Assembly (NCBI RefSeq): GCF_021028975.2
Contig: NC_059426.1
Span: 70,308,001-70,372,000, forward strand
Direction of reading: 5' to 3'
DNA: 64,000 nucleotides
Origin: Sphaerodactylus townsendi
Taxonomy: Eukaryota
Part shown: positions 62,162-64,000 of the stretch, in pieces
Layout: every line of letters starts with the position of its first letter
How positions within the stretch are numbered: the stretch's first letter is position 1
Notes under the pieces: model-generated
Database searches by the model: none
What the model saw: only the letters and a program-made list of their open reading frames with translations
Told to the model about the DNA's origin: nothing
Made by a program: the position numbers and the translations under genes

Positions 62162-62494
62162 ATGAATATTTCAGGGAAGATTTATTCTAGATTTTTTTAA
62201 TTGTTTAAAATTATTAGAAGGATTTTTTCGCAACATTTCTGTATAGATTCCTTACAGTGTTAGCCTAAGCATTTCCATTGTATGTTGTTGTACTATTTGT
62301 GTCATTGTGTTAATATCTGGAATTTTCATTTCAATTATGAATTGGAGGTATTAATTCCAGATTATTTTATTTAATCTTTCTGTCTATGTCACACATTATG
62401 TATGCCAGTAGTAAAAAAACAGTATACAAATTTGAGCAGCAGCTGCATTTTTGGAACCTCATTGACCTTCAGATATACAAATAAACTTATCAAT

Positions 62495-63803
62495 GGTCGA
62501 TTCCCCACTCACAATTAGATGAGTGCTCATCACTCCAAATATCCAGGTTTCCAGCAGAACTCCCCACTGCACCAGCGCCAAACACNNNNNNNNNNNNNNN
62601 NNNNNNNNNNNNNNNNNNNNNNNNNNNNNNNNNNNNNNNNNNNNNNNNNNNNNNNNNNNNNNNNNNNNNNNNNNNNNNNNNNNNNNNNNNNNNNNNNNNN
62701 NNNNNNNNNNNNNNNNNNNACCTGGAAGAAAGTAGACCTTTTCAAAAAACGTGCGGGCAATCTGGAGCGGTGAGGAAGTGGGGGGGGGGGTGAAATCAGA
62801 TTCGAACTACCCGCCCTTGTGAGTGACGTGGAGCCTCCCATCCAATCAGGATGCAATGGGCTGTGTGCGTTGCGCGCGTGGCCCCTTTTTTTAAAAAATT
62901 GCGGACCAGAGATCCACGTGGATCTGAGGCTATGTGGGGCTGGTTTTCTGACTAAAGAAATACTCCAAATATCCCATCCAATCAGGATGCAATGGGCTGT
63001 GTGCGTTGCGCGCGTGGCCCCTTTTTTAAAAAAATTGCGGATCAGAGATCCACGTGGATCTGAGGCTATGTGGGGCTGGTTTTCTGACTAAAGAAATACG
63101 TAGCAGCACAAGGCAGCAGTAAACCTTGCATTCACTTAAAGACGAATACATGAGGGCACATTTCCCTGTTTCTACTTGTGCAGGGAGACTTAAGTTGCAT
63201 TTCCCCCAACATTAAGCCAGCAGTGTCTCTATGGTACAGTTGATTAAGTGTTGGGCTGCTGGACAAGAGGTTGCTAGTTTGAGCCCACCCAGGGACAAGT
63301 TGTTTTCATTTTATTTTAGCCCCTTAAAATGCTGGAGCAAGTCCAGTCCCTACTGTGCCACATTCATGATTTCAGGCATAAATCCCCACCTCTGGACACT
63401 TTAACCTTTTTGTAGTTGTGGAGAGGGGGGTGAGAGAGTGTATTTGTGTCTACCTTGCATTCGCTTGAAAACTACTACACGAAGATATGTGGAAACGGGG
63501 CTTTGTTTTAATCGCCCGTTTCCCCGTTCCCACATAGGGTCATTCTGCGCATGCTCGCAGACATGTGGATCTGTCAGTTTCAAAAAAAATTCCCACCCCA
63601 GCACAACGCAGCAGCCAATCAGGATAGCCCCTGAGCGGATCATGTGTTTGATCCGCCAACAGTGGGGACTCCTGCGTGGCTGCTGCATTTTCGGGAACAA
63701 GAGGGCAGAAGCTGCAATGGGGACCATAAAACAGTGCTCAAAAGGTCTCGAATTTTACCAAACCGGTTTGTATTACTTTCATTTTTGCAGTGGGGAATCG
63801 ACC
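62495..63803. mobile_element. ~1.3-kb non-autonomous DNA transposon (Harbinger-like TIRs) spanning the assembly gap
   Basis: Perfect 15-bp TIRs GGTCGATTCCCCACT / AGTGGGGAATCGACC, CpG-rich interior, and an internal ~136-bp tandem duplication (62836-63099). Confidence 0.7.
62586..62719. other. Assembly gap (134 N)
   Basis: Run of N characters. Confidence 1.
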
Positions 63804-64000
63804 TGCAACAAGCTGTTATCCATTTTTAGTTTCAGGGGGAAGGAATAGGCAAGATTTTGACTACAGGCCGACAAGCCTCATTCTAAAGCAGACATATAGT
63901 CTTCAATATTGATTCTTCAAGTTGAATATTTTGAAGACTGGCAACTTTCAATAAAATTTGAATACATTTAATTCTGCCCCCCTTAGATTAGCTGTCATAG

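Noticed and set aside
63225-63295. tRNA gene
   Set aside because: Only decayed A/B-box similarity; I could not build a convincing cloverleaf.

Overview
Vertebrate genomic DNA, most likely a squamate reptile and probably a gecko. The species call is an inference from the repeat repertoire: L2, CR1, RTE/BovB-like, Penelope-like, Ngaro-like, SPIN, 5S-derived SINEs and hAT/Harbinger MITEs. The window is part of a class II (gamma) olfactory receptor cluster with seven intact single-coding-exon OR genes: an OR8U3/OR5R1-like gene (14528+), three OR5AR-like genes (24357+, 30351+, 45582-), one family 2/13-type gene (38500+) and two OR9G1-like genes (52975+, 61226+). There are also three OR remnants and a ~3 kb tandem duplication of an OR upstream region. 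Intergenic DNA is dense in transposons, several with perfect target-site duplications (TSDs). The most notable observations are an OR gene order resembling the mammalian OR8U3-OR5AR1-OR2AH1-OR9G block, asymmetric divergence among the OR5AR paralogues, a Penelope-like insert with a decayed hammerhead ribozyme, a foldback-type hAT family, a SPIN MITE, and an unusual density of near-perfect inverted repeats. I found no CRISPR array or prokaryote-type system, and no convincing evidence of a wholly new biological system. All family assignments come from motif recognition and recall, not database searches.
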